Part shown: one piece after another, positions 40,702 through 53,479 of the stretch
Layout of the letters: every line of letters begins with the position of its first letter
Position numbering within the stretch: the first letter of the stretch is position 1
Source of the DNA: Octopus vulgaris
Taxonomy: Eukaryota
DNA length: 64,000 nt
Assembly: GCA_951406725.2 (NCBI GenBank)
Contig: OX597819.1
Coordinates: 49,972,001-50,036,000 of the forward strand
Direction of reading: 5' to 3'
The notes under the pieces: generated by a model
Seen by the model: the letters and a program-made list of their open reading frames with translations, nothing else
Database searches by the model: none
Told to the model about the DNA's origin: nothing
Translations under genes and position numbers: made by a program

Positions 40702-41327
40702 AACACACACACACACACACATATGTACATATATGAGTAGTGTCGTGTATGTGTGCGCGGGTATGTAGTGACATGTTTGCATGAGCCATATGTATGTATA
40801 TGAGTACATTTATGCATGCGTATGTGACATATAACGCATTAACTTGCAGGTGTATGTATATACGTACTGGAAAGTGTACATAAACAGACAGATAAGTGAA
40901 ATAAGGGTAAAAGTTAATAGAAAAAAAAAAGAATAAAAATAAAAATCTATTATCTGGAGAGTTATAAGATTTCCTAGGTGAGTAGTGCTCTGGAAAGGTT
41001 ATGTAATGAGGAGAATGGTTCAATGAGGGATAAAAATTGTCATCTTCTTATCTTGAATTCTTATCATTAAACCTTACAATGGTAGGCTGATGAGGGCAAG
41101 ATCACGAAACGTACAACTGTCTATGGTAAGTAAAAGATAATCCGTATTTGGACGTCAATAACTTTGATAACTGTTTTCCTTGTTCGTTGCTGTTGCTGAT
41201 TATATTCAGTTTGTAGTTGTTGATCGGAGATAGGAGCTGGCTCCGAGGTTGAATAAGTGATTCTAACATCTACCAAACATGAGAGAGATAACATTTGTTT
41301 CTCTAAGAAAAATAAGAAAACCTTCAA

Positions 41328-41606
41328 TTTTACTTGTTTCAGTCATAGACCGCGGCCTTAGTTGGGAACCCCATTATAGGGTTTAGTCGAACAAATCGAA
41401 CCTAATACATCTATTCGTCTCTCTTTTTCTTTTAAAGAGTCTGTCATTTATTCTATCGGTCTTTTATGCCGATCGGCTAAAATACTGGAACGCAAACAAA
41501 CCAACGCCGGTTGTCAAATGGTAGTGTGCTGGAACAAACACAAATACAAAGTCACACATACATACATACATACATACATACATACATACATACATACAAA
41601 CATACA

Positions 41607-41641
<35 letters not shown>

Positions 41642-41743
41642 GTATGACGGGCTCCCACAGTATTTCTGCTAGCAAAATTCACTCGTAAAGCATTGGCTAA
41701 CCTGGAGGTATATTAGAAGACGATTGCCTAAGGAGTCGCGCAT
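41328..41743 (-). mobile_element. SINE family A copy (diverged)
   Basis: tttacttgtttcagtcat.gac.gcggcc...ttctatcggtctttt.tgccga..ggttgtcaa. Confidence 0.7.
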
Positions 41744-41747
41744 TGTA

Positions 41748-41804
<57 letters not shown>

Positions 41805-42160
41805 AATTGTGTGTGCATGCGCTTCAGTGTGTGTATGTAGGTACATATGTGCATATACTGTATATGTAAATAGATATACAGATCGCGTGCGTCAGTTTTT
41901 TGAGCTCGCTTCTTTCAGGGGCTTTAACTTTCTTGTAACTTATGTTTTTTATCTTAGTTTTCAGATAAATAATGTTATACATCAGATTGACTCAGCAGAT
42001 ACACGCTGTAATCGTTACCTTGAAATGGCAGCATAGTGATACAGAGACCCATAAACTTCAGTAGCATCGTTCCATATGGGACATCCACATTTAGGTGACA
42101 AATATACTTCACGATATATATATAATTACACCGAACTTAGTAAAATGAATAACAGAACAT

Positions 42161-42334
42161 AGGCGCAGGAGTGGCTGTGTGGTAAGTAGCTTGCTTACCA
42201 ACCACATGGGTTCCGGGTTCAGTCCCACAGCGTGGCATCTTGAGCAAGTGTCTTCTACTATAGCCTCGGACCGACCAAAGCCTTGTGAGTGGATTTGGTA
42301 GACGGAAACTGAAAGAAGCCCGTCGTATATATGT

Positions 42335-42374
<40 letters not shown>

Positions 42375-42600
42375 ATGTTTGTGTGTCTGTGTTTGTCCCC
42401 CCTAGCATTGCTTGACAACCGATGCTGGTGTGTTTACGTCGCCGTAACTTAGCGGTTCGGCAAAAGAGACCGATAGAATAAGTACTAGGCTTACAAAGAA
42501 TAAGTCCCGGGTTCGATTTGCTCGACTAAAGGCGGTGCTCCAGCATGGCCGCAGTCAAATGAGTGAAAGAAGTAAAAGAGTAAAAGAGAGAGTAAAGAGA
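42161..42600 (+). mobile_element. SINE family A, full length
   Basis: tRNA-like head ggcgcaggagtggctgtgtggtaag...gggttcagtccc, internal TA/TG tract, (gtaaaaga)n tail; more than ten relatives in window. Confidence 0.9.
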
Positions 42601-42847
42601 GAACACAGGAAAAATAGGCTCCAAATTGTCCTGAGCGTTGTAAATGGTCCCCGGGACTCGCTTTTGCGCTTCAATTAGAAACCTTGATCGTCGACTTGTG
42701 TTATTACGGATCAATTCCAATTTCGGGAAAAGCGTAATACCGTTCACCATGAGCTTATTGTTTCATCTGGGATCAGTGAAATATGAATAAGTGATAAAGG
42801 AGTATTGATGTACTAACCTATCTAACGAGGTGGTAACAGCTGCATGA

Positions 42848-43170
42848 GGAGGCGCAATGGCCCAGTGGTTAGGGCAGCGGACTCGCGGTCGTAGGATCGC
42901 GGTTTCGATTCCCAGACCGGGCGTTGTGAGTGTTTATTGAGCGAAAACACCTAAAGCTCCAGGACGCTCCGGCAGGGATGGTGGTGATCCCTGCTGTACT
43001 CTTTCACTACAACTTTCTCTCACTCTTACTTCCTGTTTCTGTTGTACCTGTATTTCAAAGGGCCGGCCTTGTCACTCTCTGTGTCACGCTGAATATCCTC
43101 GAGAACTACGTTTAGGGTACACGTGTCTGTGGAGTGCTCAGCCACTTACACGTTAATTTCACGAGCAGGC
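42848..43170 (+). mobile_element. tRNA-derived SINE family B
   Basis: Near-identical to 8836-9160. Confidence 0.85.
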
Positions 43171-43275
43171 ATTTTTCTGTGGCTCTGACGAGCCAGTCAA
43201 TCTGCCTCTCAGTAATGGTTAGTTCTCATTACTCTGTAAGGAGCATAGAGTCGGTTTCCCAGTTTCTCTGGCATA

Positions 43276-43790
43276 TACAGAGTGTCCCAAATGTCACTGA
43301 TGGGTTTCAGTTTTTAATAACTTCCTTAACTTCACAAATAAATGCATGAAATTTTGATACAATATAAAAGACAATGGAAATTAATATGCATTAGTCAAAT
43401 TTTGCATCACCACTACTTCACATATGAAAAATGACATCGCTTAAATGGCAGCCATTTTCGGCTTCCTATACCTGTGCTCCTTCCAAAACTTGCACCATAA
43501 TACCCTCAAGATTTTCAGACTCCACTTCTCTGATTTCCCTATTGATGTTCTCCTTCAGTTGCACCAGGGTCTCCCGTTTGTTGACGTAAACCCTCTCTTT
43601 CAGGTAACCCCACAAAAAAAAAAAAAAAAAAAAAAAAAATCGAGTCTAGCCAAGACTAGGGAACGTGAAGGCCAGTTGATATTGCCGTAGCGGGAGATTG
43701 TTCTCTACCCAAAGCACTGCCGTAGCAACTACATTGTTTCTCTTCCGGTATGAACAGTTGCCCCATCTTGCTGGAACCACGTGTGAGGTC
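43276..43790 (-). pseudogene. Tc1/mariner transposase remnant with one TIR
   Basis: Minus strand: WFQQDGATVHT...NWPSRS..L..LDFF..WGYLKERVYVNK.ETLVQLKENINREIR; TA+cagagtgtccca terminus at 43276. Confidence 0.8.
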
Positions 43791-44396
43791 TACTTTAAAC
43801 GGCCGGGAGCAAAAAGGTCTCAATCATGGATACCTGAAAGAGAGGGTATCCATGAGTGGTATTGGTGGTGGTGGTGGTGGTGGTGGTGGTGGTGATGGTG
43901 GTAATAGTGGAGGTGTTGGTAGTGATAATGTCTGAGTGTGTCTATGTGAGTCTTTCTTTGGGCTTGTAATTGCTCCCTAAACCAAAGCTTGGCAACCGGT
44001 GTTGGTTTGATTACGTTAAAAAATACAGGAGTCGATTTGTTCGACCTTCGAAGCGGTGCCCTAGCATGGCAGTAGTCTAGTAACCGAAACAAGCGAGTTT
44101 TAAAGGGTAAAAAAAAAAGTCCTAACTAAATACTACAAGCATTTTGTCCGATGACCTAATAACTCTGCTAAATCTATTGTTCTTGTTTCAACAAATACTT
44201 ATTACCATTATTAATGGAACTATTCTTTTATTATTGTTATATTTCGGGACGGTCACTTTTTTGTTGCAAAAATATACACACGCACTATATATTCGTTCTT
44301 CACTTCAGCTTTATCAATGTTCCTAAATTTTTCATCACACATCCTCTGACCCTTCAGAGACTCCTCCATCCCACGTGTCTCCTCCTCGCCCTGAAG

Positions 44397-44476
<80 letters not shown>

Positions 44477-44505
44477 ACTACTACTACTACTACTACTACT
44501 ACTAT

Positions 44506-44543
<38 letters not shown>

Positions 44544-45078
44544 TACAACTTCTACTATTTCTACCACCACCACCACCACACCACCACCGCCGCCGCGTTT
44601 ACAAAGACGACGGCAACGATCATGACCACCACCACCACAACCACCACCACAACCAGCAGCAGCAGCACCACCACCACCACCGCCACCACGGCTCCCTCCA
44701 CTACCATCGTTGCCATTACTAGCATCACTGCTAGCAATACTAGTTTTGTCTCACATAATTTATCACTACCAACATTATCATTAACAGTTATATAGATGCC
44801 ATATAATTGCTATTTTCCCTCCTATCATCTTAAGCCACCACCACCACCACCACCACCGCTACCACTTCGATCATCAACACAACCGCCGTCATCTTCACTA
44901 TCACTACCACCATTACCACCACTACTACTATCATAATCACTACCAATTCCTTCACTATTACCACCATCACTAACACCACCACCACCACCACCACCACCAC
45001 CACCACCACCACCACCATTCCCACCTCCAACAATAACTGTCCGCCCCCGCAACCGCGATTACCACCACCACTACCACC

Positions 45079-45140
<62 letters not shown>

Positions 45141-45340
45141 GAACACCATTACGCCCCACCACCACCACCACCACCACCACCACACAGCCACTTTCACCAT
45201 CACATCCCTCGTCACCGACGACTTCACACTCCCCACTACATCACCACTACCACTACTACCACCACCAACACCAACACCACCATCACCACCACCACCACCA
45301 CCACCACCACCACCACCACCGCCGCCGCCACCACCAACCA
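44397..45340. repeat. Compound (CTA)n/(CCA)n microsatellite
   Basis: Direct inspection. Confidence 0.9.
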
Positions 45341-45744
45341 GTATGTGTAAGTGAAAACAGGAATGTTCCTTGCCTGTTTTCTTACTGAAGTGTATGATTG
45401 CACTGAAGCATACAGCGGGCAACAGCTGTGGCTGTTATGGTAGATTATGGGTGCTATAGCAATGGCGGCGGTGGTGGCGAAGGTGGTAGTGGGTGTTTGA
45501 GGGGGCGTGGGGGGAGTTAACGGTGGGTTGTTGTGGTGTGGCGGTGGGTGGTGGTGGTGGTGGTAGGTGAGGGTGAGTTGAAGCACGATGTGTGACGGGT
45601 GGGCTGCTCTGGTATTGGTTTGGTGGGTGGTGCAGGCAGTGGACCGTGAAGACTGAAGAGCGACTCGGCTTCTTTGTGTCTCTCCCTCCGAGCTGAAAGG
45701 GGAATAAACAAATACCACAATAAAATACAACAACAACAACAACA

Positions 45745-45790
<46 letters not shown>

Positions 45791-46022
45791 TAAGACCTAA
45801 TAGTAACAATAACTGTAAAATTAGCAATAGCAACAAGCAATAAACACATAGTAAGGGAACAAACAAAATAAATAGAAAAATAAATGAAAAATACATAAAT
45901 AAGTAACTAAATTGAATGACTGAGTGAATGAATGAGAATGACACCAGCACCACCACGACGCCACCAGCACTAGCACCACATAAGCATCACCACCACGCCA
46001 CCATCACGTCGCTACCACTAGT

Positions 46023-46240
46023 ACCTATTTCTTTATTACCCACAAGGGGCTAAACACAGAGGGGACAAACAAGGACAGACATAGGTATTAAGTCGATTAC
46101 ATCGACCCCAGTGCGTAACTGGTACTTAATTTATCGACCCCGAAAGGATGAAAGGCAAAGTCGACCTCGGCGGAATTTGAACTCACAACGTAACGCAGAC
46201 GAAATACCGCTAAGCATTTCGCCCGGCGTGCTAACGGCCA
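46023..46240 (-). mobile_element. SINE family C copy
   Basis: Reverse complement of the 23354 head plus one repeat unit. Confidence 0.8.
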
Positions 46241-46547
46241 GCTACCACCGCGCTACCAGCAGCAGCAGCAGCAGCAGCATTACTACCACTCCATCAGCAC
46301 AACTACCACACGACCAGTACCACCACCACATGACCAGTACCACCACCACCACCACGCCATCACCACTAGCACTACGCCATCAGCACGACTACCACACCAC
46401 CGGTATCACCACCACGCCACTGTCACGCCACCACCACCACTAGCACCACGCCATCAGCAGCACCACCTCCACCAAGCCACCAGCAGCACCACCACGTCAC
46501 CATCACGTCACCATCACCGGCACCACGCCGCCAGCACCACCACCACG

Positions 46548-47473
46548 TCAGTGTTTTCAAATCCAAACCAAGGAGTTTCTGAGCTGATGATAGAAGTGTC
46601 GTATTGACTAATCTTGAAACGTACGTTCTCAAATAACCTTTGCATTTGATTTTTTGATGTCCTTACCCCCAAACTTTTGTGAGTTGAGTTAAGCAAACAC
46701 TATATGAGAGAGATTTTCTTTAAGTATTAGAAATAGCTTTAAAAAAGTTTTTTAGCTGCTATTTCTAATGAGTTCAGTATGCGGCAAAGTAATTTATTTT
46801 ACTAAGCCCTTTTATATAATGTAATAATTTGAATTCGCCTTAAATGGTCCCTTTGCATACTGAACACTTGGTGAAATTGATTAATAATTAATTAATTTTA
46901 CCCTCAATTGTTGAAATTATAATTAATCTCCCTCTAATTAATGCTTCGGATTTTACCGAAATAAGCATAGTGTTTGATGATTTTAACCCACGCTGGTGGA
47001 AAGGGGAGAACAGAAATTCTTCGCTTGCATATTTGAGTTTGTTGGCACTGTTAGTTACGAGCAGATCTTCGAAAGCGATGAGAAGCCGAAAGGGTATGTT
47101 CTTACTTTCAGTGTTTTCAAATCCAAACCAAGGAGTTTCTGAGCTGATGATAGAAGTGTCGTATTGACTAATCTTGAAACGTACGTTCTCAAATAACCTT
47201 TGCATTTGATTTTTTGATGTCCTTACCCCCAAACTTTTGTGAGTTGAGTTAAGCAAACACTATATGAGAGAGATTTTCTTTAAGTATTAGAAATAGCTTT
47301 AAAAAAGTTTTTTAGCTGCTATTTCTAATGAGTTCAGTATACGGCAAAGTAATTTATTTTACTAAGCCCTTTTATATAATGTAATAATTTGAATTCGCCT
47401 TAAATGGTCCCTTTGCATACTGAACACTTGGTGAAATTGATTAATAATTAATTAATTTTACCCTCAATTGTTG

Positions 47474-47476
<3 letters not shown>
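46548..47476 (+). mobile_element. 560-bp partial tandem (1.66 units) with two canonical HHRs (46580-46631, 47140-47191), ending in (TA)n
   Basis: 46548-46916 is near-identical to 47108-47476; TGAG CTGATGA TAGAagtGTC-gtatt-GACtaaTCTT GAAA CGTACG TT CTCA. Confidence 0.9.
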
Positions 47477-47550
<74 letters not shown>

Positions 47551-47567
<17 letters not shown>

Positions 47568-47998
47568 TGTGTCGGTGTTCGTCCCCCACACCATCGCTTG
47601 ACAACCGATGCTGATGTGTTTACGTCCCAGTTACTTAGCGGTTCGACAAAAGAATAAGTACTAAGACCGGTAGAATAAGTACTAGGTTCACAAGGAAACT
47701 GAAAGAAGTCCGTCGTATATGTATATGTGTGTACACACACACATGTATGTATGTACAAACACACACACACATATATATATGCGTGTCTTTGTGTCTGTGT
47801 TTGTCTCCCCGCTATCACCGTTTGACAACCGGTGCAGGTGTGTTTACGTTCCCGTAAGTTAGCGGTCAGGCCAAAAGAGATCCACTATAAATAGTACCAG
47901 GCTTTAAAAAGATAAGTCCTGCAGTCGATTTGTTCTACTAAACCCCTTGAAGGCTTTGCTCCAGCGTGGCCGCAATGAAATGACTGAAACAAGTATAA

Positions 47999-48000
<2 letters not shown>
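47551..48000 (+). mobile_element. SINE family A 3' halves (two adjacent partial copies)
   Basis: catcgcttgacaaccgatgctg.tgtgtttacgtcc repeated; ends tgactgaaacaagta. Confidence 0.7.
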
Positions 48001-48086
<86 letters not shown>

Positions 48087-48162
48087 GTTTACATATATAA
48101 AATATTTTTTAGAATGAGATAGAAAGCCAAGGCTGTGAAGATTTTAGAACATTTGTAAATAG

Positions 48163-48209
48163 GTCTTACAGCTCTTTCCGGGATATTTTTTATATCCCTT
48201 CATCGGAAA
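48163..48209 (-). ncRNA. Hammerhead-like motif (family of 11907-11952) near the 3' end of a TA-flanked element (~48100-48860)
   Basis: Minus: TTT CCGATGA A GGGATAT-aaaaa-ATATCCC G GAAA GAGCTG TA AGA. Confidence 0.6.
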
Positions 48210-48644
48210 CGGTGTGAGAAAATGATTAAGCAATAGTTGATTTAGATAAGATATAAAATAGTGAGTGAAGTGGACGAATGAAAATAGATGTGAGATATGC
48301 AGAGATTTTGCAAATGTAGATCCATTATTTAGGCAGAATGGTATACATATAAGATTCCAGTACCTTGTGAGTAAATTCCAATAGTATTAAAAATTGGTCG
48401 TTCCAAGTATAAAGTTTGTACACCGTGCTATTGAATCGAGGGTTTATTTAAAGTGACCTAAAGGTAAGGAATCTATTTGTAAGGTCAAATCGAAAACAGG
48501 AAGAGAGAAATAAAGAAAAATAAAGATAAAAGAAAAGAAAAAGGAAAAGCAAGGAGAGAGGTAATAAAGAGATGAAGAGAAGGAAATTGTACCAGATAGT
48601 GGTCTGTCAAGATAGATTGATAGTAGGAATGAGGAGGTGAGGGT

Positions 48645-48675
<31 letters not shown>

Positions 48676-48878
48676 GGGGGTATAATAAGAAAAGGAGTGT
48701 CAGGTATGTAGTGATAGAGCCTAAGTGATAGGGCATAGAGAGGGGGTAGGGGCAGTTATAAGGTGGAATGAAGAATTTGAGAATGTAGATTAGGTTGGTC
48801 AGTGCTTAGTAGTAGGAGAAAATATATATGTGAAGATGTATACAGATGCATATATTAAACATGTATATATATATATAT

Positions 48879-49052
48879 ACCGGAGGAAACACATAAATGT
48901 GAAACAAGGTGGAAAAAAGAGTACTCAAATACCAGTGGTAGAGTAATATGCTTTATTTAAAGCAGCAGAAAATTCAGCAAAACCTGTTACTCTGAGTTTC
49001 CCGTTGCCGTTCATCGGACAGTTTTTGCTAGAATGGAACCGATTTGTCAATT
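48879..49052 (-). mobile_element. Non-folded member of the 26143/51793 family, HHR-like motif at ~48985-49021
   Basis: Same 3' body; CTGT CCGATGA ACG-gcaa-CGG GAAA CTCAGAG TA ACAG; continues past the fold-back point as ctagaatggaacc. Confidence 0.8.
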
Positions 49053-49410
49053 ATATATATATATACAGATATTTACACATATCAACATCTACACATACAA
49101 CTCCTGCTCATATGAATATGTACATAAGTATACCTATATATACGTGTATCTGTATGTATTATCGCCCCTACACACACATACGCGTGTGTTGCTGTGTGTG
49201 TGACTATGCGCATGCCTGTGTGCATATTAGTTTCAAATTTTGGCACAAAGCCAGCAGTTTTGCGAGAGGGTTAGCTGGTTCTTATTTTATCGATTTCAAA
49301 AAGATGAAAAGCAAAGTCGACTTTGGCAAAATTTGAACTCAAAACGTAAAGATGGACGAAATAGTGCAAAGCATCTTGCTAACAATTCTGCCTGCTCACT
49401 GCGTTATCTG

Positions 49411-49928
49411 TGTATATATCAAACCGCCTTATGTGTTTCTATATTAAACCGCCCTGGGTGTGTATATATTAAACCGCCTTATGTGTGCATATATTAAACC
49501 GCCTTATACGTGTTTATATTAAACCACCTTATGTGTGTATATATTAAACCACCTTGTATGTGTATATATTAAACCGCCTTATGTGCTTATTTATTAAACC
49601 GCCTTATGTGTGTATATATTAAACCACCTTATGTGTGTTTATATTAAACCACTTTATGTGTGTATACATTAAACCACTTTATGTGTGTATGTAGTTAACC
49701 GCCTTATATGTGTATATATTAAACCGCCTTATGTGTGTATATATTAAACCACCTTATGTCTGTATGTATTAAACCACTTTACGTGTGTATGTAGTAAACC
49801 GCCTGATATGTGTATATATCAAACCGCCTTATGTGTGTATATATTAAAACGGCTTTATGTGTGTATATATATATTAAACCTCCTTATGTGTGTATATATT
49901 AAACCACTTTATGTATGTAGTAAACCGC
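49411..49928. repeat. 25-bp minisatellite, about 20 copies
   Basis: Unit ttaaaccgccttatgtgtgtatata with point variants. Confidence 0.9.
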
Positions 49929-50742
49929 ATCTCCCATCAAGTAAATGAATACATTTATCAAGGCAGATTAAAGTATATTTAATGACAATTAATAAAAACG
50001 CCTGTGAATATTTTATGATACATTCTCATTGAAACACTTTAAATAAAGCATTTAGTTTTATAGAAAACCTCAAACGTATCCTCTTGTTTCAGTACATGTA
50101 CTTTTACGCTGATCACACCATAGAAATTTTAGTGCACTATTTCAAGCTGAAATTCATTAATCCTGTCATTACTATATTTCTAATTAAATATGTTGCCTTT
50201 TTTTTAATTTTAAAATTTTCAATTTAATTTCGAAACTAATCAAGAATCTAGAGGCACTAAGTAAAATGATTAACTTTTACATATATTTTCTATATTGAAC
50301 TGTTTTTTTTTGTTTTTTTTTACTTTTTGCTGTATGTATCGTATCACGGTTTTTAGAGTAGGAAAACTGTGTTCTTACATGTCGTAAGAGGCGATTAAGA
50401 CGGTTATTTGTAAGAAAGCTCATTTCACTTTAAAACGCTGCCTTCCAGGAAAAAAAAAATTCTTCCAACCCATGCCAGCAAGGAAAACTCAGACGAAAAA
50501 ACATCGACGACGATGATGGTGAAGCAGCAGCAGCAGCAGAAGAAGAAGAAGAAGAAGAAGAAGAAGAAGAAGAAGAAGAAGAAGAAGAAGAAGAAGAAGA
50601 TGATAATGATGATGATGATGGTGCTGGCGATGACGACAATGTAGACGATAACGATGATGTTGATAATAACGATGATGGCGATGACGACAAATATTGATGA
50701 TGATAATGATGATGATGATGTCGAAAATGCTGATGATGACAA

Positions 50743-50773
<31 letters not shown>

Positions 50774-50797
50774 AATGATGATGATGATGACGACAAC

Positions 50798-51150
50798 AAT
50801 GCTTAGCGGTATTTCGTCTGTCTTTACGTTCTGAGTTCAAATTCCGCTGAGGTCGACTTTGCCTTTCATCCTTTTCGGGGTTGATAAATTAAGTACCAGT
50901 TACGCACTGGGGTCGATATAATCGACTTAATCCATCTGTCTGTCCTTGTTTGTCTCTTCTGTGTTTAGCTCCTTGTGGGTAGTAAAGAAATAGGTATTTC
51001 GTCTGCCGCTACGTTCTGAGTTCAAATTCGACTTTGCCTTTCATCCTTTCGGGGTCGATAAATTAAGCACTAGTTGCGTACTGGGGTCAATGTAATTAAC
51101 TGGCCCCCCCGTCCCCATTTCGGGCCTTGTGCATAGAGTAAGAAAAAAAA
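50798..51150 (+). mobile_element. SINE family C with internal ~185-bp repeat
   Basis: atttcgtctg at 50811 and 50996. Confidence 0.8.
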
Positions 51151-51761
51151 AAGATAATGATGAAGAATATATGATGATGATGATGATGATGGTGATGTCC
51201 GCGATTTAAGTGGTGATCGTAACCTAGCATAAAGTTCTTAGATAAAATTACAATGGATACTCTTTTATTCTTTTACTTGTTTCAGTCATTTGACTACGGC
51301 CATGCTGGAGCACCGACTTTAGTCGAGCAAATCGACCCTAGGACTTATTCTTGTAAGCCTAGTACTTAATCGACTGGTCCACTTCGCCACAAAAATTTCG
51401 GGCCATGTGCCTAGAGTAGAAAAGAATGTTAAATTCTTATAATCCCAAGCTCAAAACCGATGTGGATTTCTTAGCAACTTAATATAATAATTAATACCAT
51501 CTAATGAATCGACTTAAATTTCCTAATTTTTCCATTTTAATTTCTCTTATATAAATATCATTTGAAGGTTATCAACATCACCTCTTTTGATTTATTAAAT
51601 TTCATGCAGAAGGGGTTTTAGTAAATATACCTTCCTTATACGTACACACACAAACACTGACACACATATACATATATACATACATACACACACATATGCA
51701 TACAACTATATATCCATATGTATACATGTTTGTATTTAACTCTGTGTGTATGAATGTATAT

Positions 51762-51792
<31 letters not shown>

Positions 51793-51793
<1 letters not shown>

Positions 51794-52021
51794 CCGGAGT
51801 AAACACATAAATGTGAAACAAGGTGGAAAAAAGAGTACTCAAATACCAGTGGTAGAGTAATATGCTTTATTTAAAGCAGCAGAAAATTCAACAAAACCTG
51901 TTACTCTGAGTTTCACGTTCCTGTTCGTCGGACAGTTTTTGCTAGAAAAAACTGTCCGACGAACGGGAACGTGAAACTCAGAGTAACAGGTTTTGTTGAA
52001 TTTTCTGCTGCTTCAAATAAA

Positions 52022-52023
<2 letters not shown>
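51793..52023 (-). mobile_element. Fold-back element, second copy of the 26143-26371 family
   Basis: Same body, same hairpin turn (cagtttttgctagaaaaaactg) and same arm end (aataaag|tatata); core CCGACGA. Confidence 0.85.
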
Positions 52024-52068
<45 letters not shown>

Positions 52069-52081
52069 CATACATACATAA

Positions 52082-52114
<33 letters not shown>

Positions 52115-52115
52115 A

Positions 52116-52170
<55 letters not shown>

Positions 52171-52676
52171 TGTATATATACGTATATAAATACATACATA
52201 CATGCATGCATACATCTATATATGCATATATATATATATGTTTGTATTTATCTGTGTGTATGAATGTATATAGTATAAATATAAATATATATATATATAG
52301 ACATTAATCCTTCGACCAACACGGGTGTTACGTTCCAAAACCCCATGCGATAGGTCAAAATCTGAGAAGTAGAAACAGTGCTGTACATTATTATTATTAT
52401 TATTATTATTATGGTTTGTATATAGCTCCGTAACATTAGCGTTTCGACAAAAGAAACCGATAAAATAAGTACTAGGCTTACAAACAATAAGTCCTGGGGT
52501 TGATTTGCTCGACTAAAAGCGGTGCTCCAGCATGGCCGCAGTAAAAATGGCTGAAACAAGAAAAAGATTTAAAAGAATATTTATTTTATTATAAATGGAA
52601 AGCAACACCACAGAGGAATCGACGTAAGATTAAATAATAAACGACGATAGGCGAACCGCGATATGGCGAGTGATTA

Positions 52677-52732
<56 letters not shown>

Positions 52733-52734
<2 letters not shown>

Positions 52735-52945
52735 CGGGAAGCTTTATGAAAATAGACAAAAGACGAAGGCAGGTTTACGGAAATAAACAAAAGACGAAGG
52801 CAGGTGGAATACAAACAAACAATTGTATTAGTATGGCGCTCAGGAAATATAAATAAAACAAGTCTTTAACGTTTCGAGCCTACGCTCTTCAACAGAAAGA
52901 TACACAGAGAAGAAACACAGAAAGAAAAAAAAAATGCGTGCAGAA
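52733..52945 (-). mobile_element. Solo pLTR of the 56010-58885 PLE, HHR-like motif at 52863-52900
   Basis: Near-identical to 56010-56200 (acgggaagctttatgaaaat...gtctttaacgtttcgagcctacgctcttcaacagaaag); abuts (TA)n. Confidence 0.85.
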
Positions 52946-53146
52946 TATATGAGAAAATAAAAATAAAACGAACGGGACAGTTTATGCGAACAAGTTCAAG
53001 GTTGAGAGTTCAAGGTTAGAAATGTATAGACGTCGTGGTATATTTCTTATATAAATATATATATATACACACACACCAGAGTAATCACATAGATGCGAAA
53101 CAATGTGGAAAAAATAGTACTCGATTACCAGAGTTAGAGTAATAGA

Positions 53147-53198
<52 letters not shown>

Positions 53199-53210
53199 TA
53201 TATAGAAGGA

Positions 53211-53259
53211 GCTTCTACAGGACTAGAACTGTTTCATTCAAGAGAAATCTTCAGGAAGC
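53211..53259 (-). ncRNA. Canonical type I hammerhead ribozyme motif
   Basis: Minus: GCTTC CTGAAGA TTTC-tctt-GAAT GAAA CAG-ttctagtc-CTG TA GAAGC; ~15 nt from (TA)n. Confidence 0.75.
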
Positions 53260-53479
53260 TAGTTAACAAGAATTGTATTGGCATTTATACATTTAGGCAG
53301 GTTTAAAGGGGTGGTGGTGGGGGACTTTTTGGGGGTAGGCATAGCGCAAAATATCATACTTGGGGGAGTGGTCAAGGAGTCAGTGGTAAATTAGATAAAA
53401 GAATAAATAAAAAAATAAAAAAATATATATAAAAAAAAGAGAATAGAGTTTTAGGTAAATAAGGAGATTCTCACTTATA

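Noticed and set aside
41083-41118. CTGATGA GGGCAAGATCAC GAAACGTA hammerhead-like motif
   Set aside because: Core words present but stems I and II do not pair convincingly; at best a decayed copy
49411-49928. CRISPR-like regular array
   Set aside because: Spacers are near-identical TG/TA tracts, no cas genes, eukaryotic context
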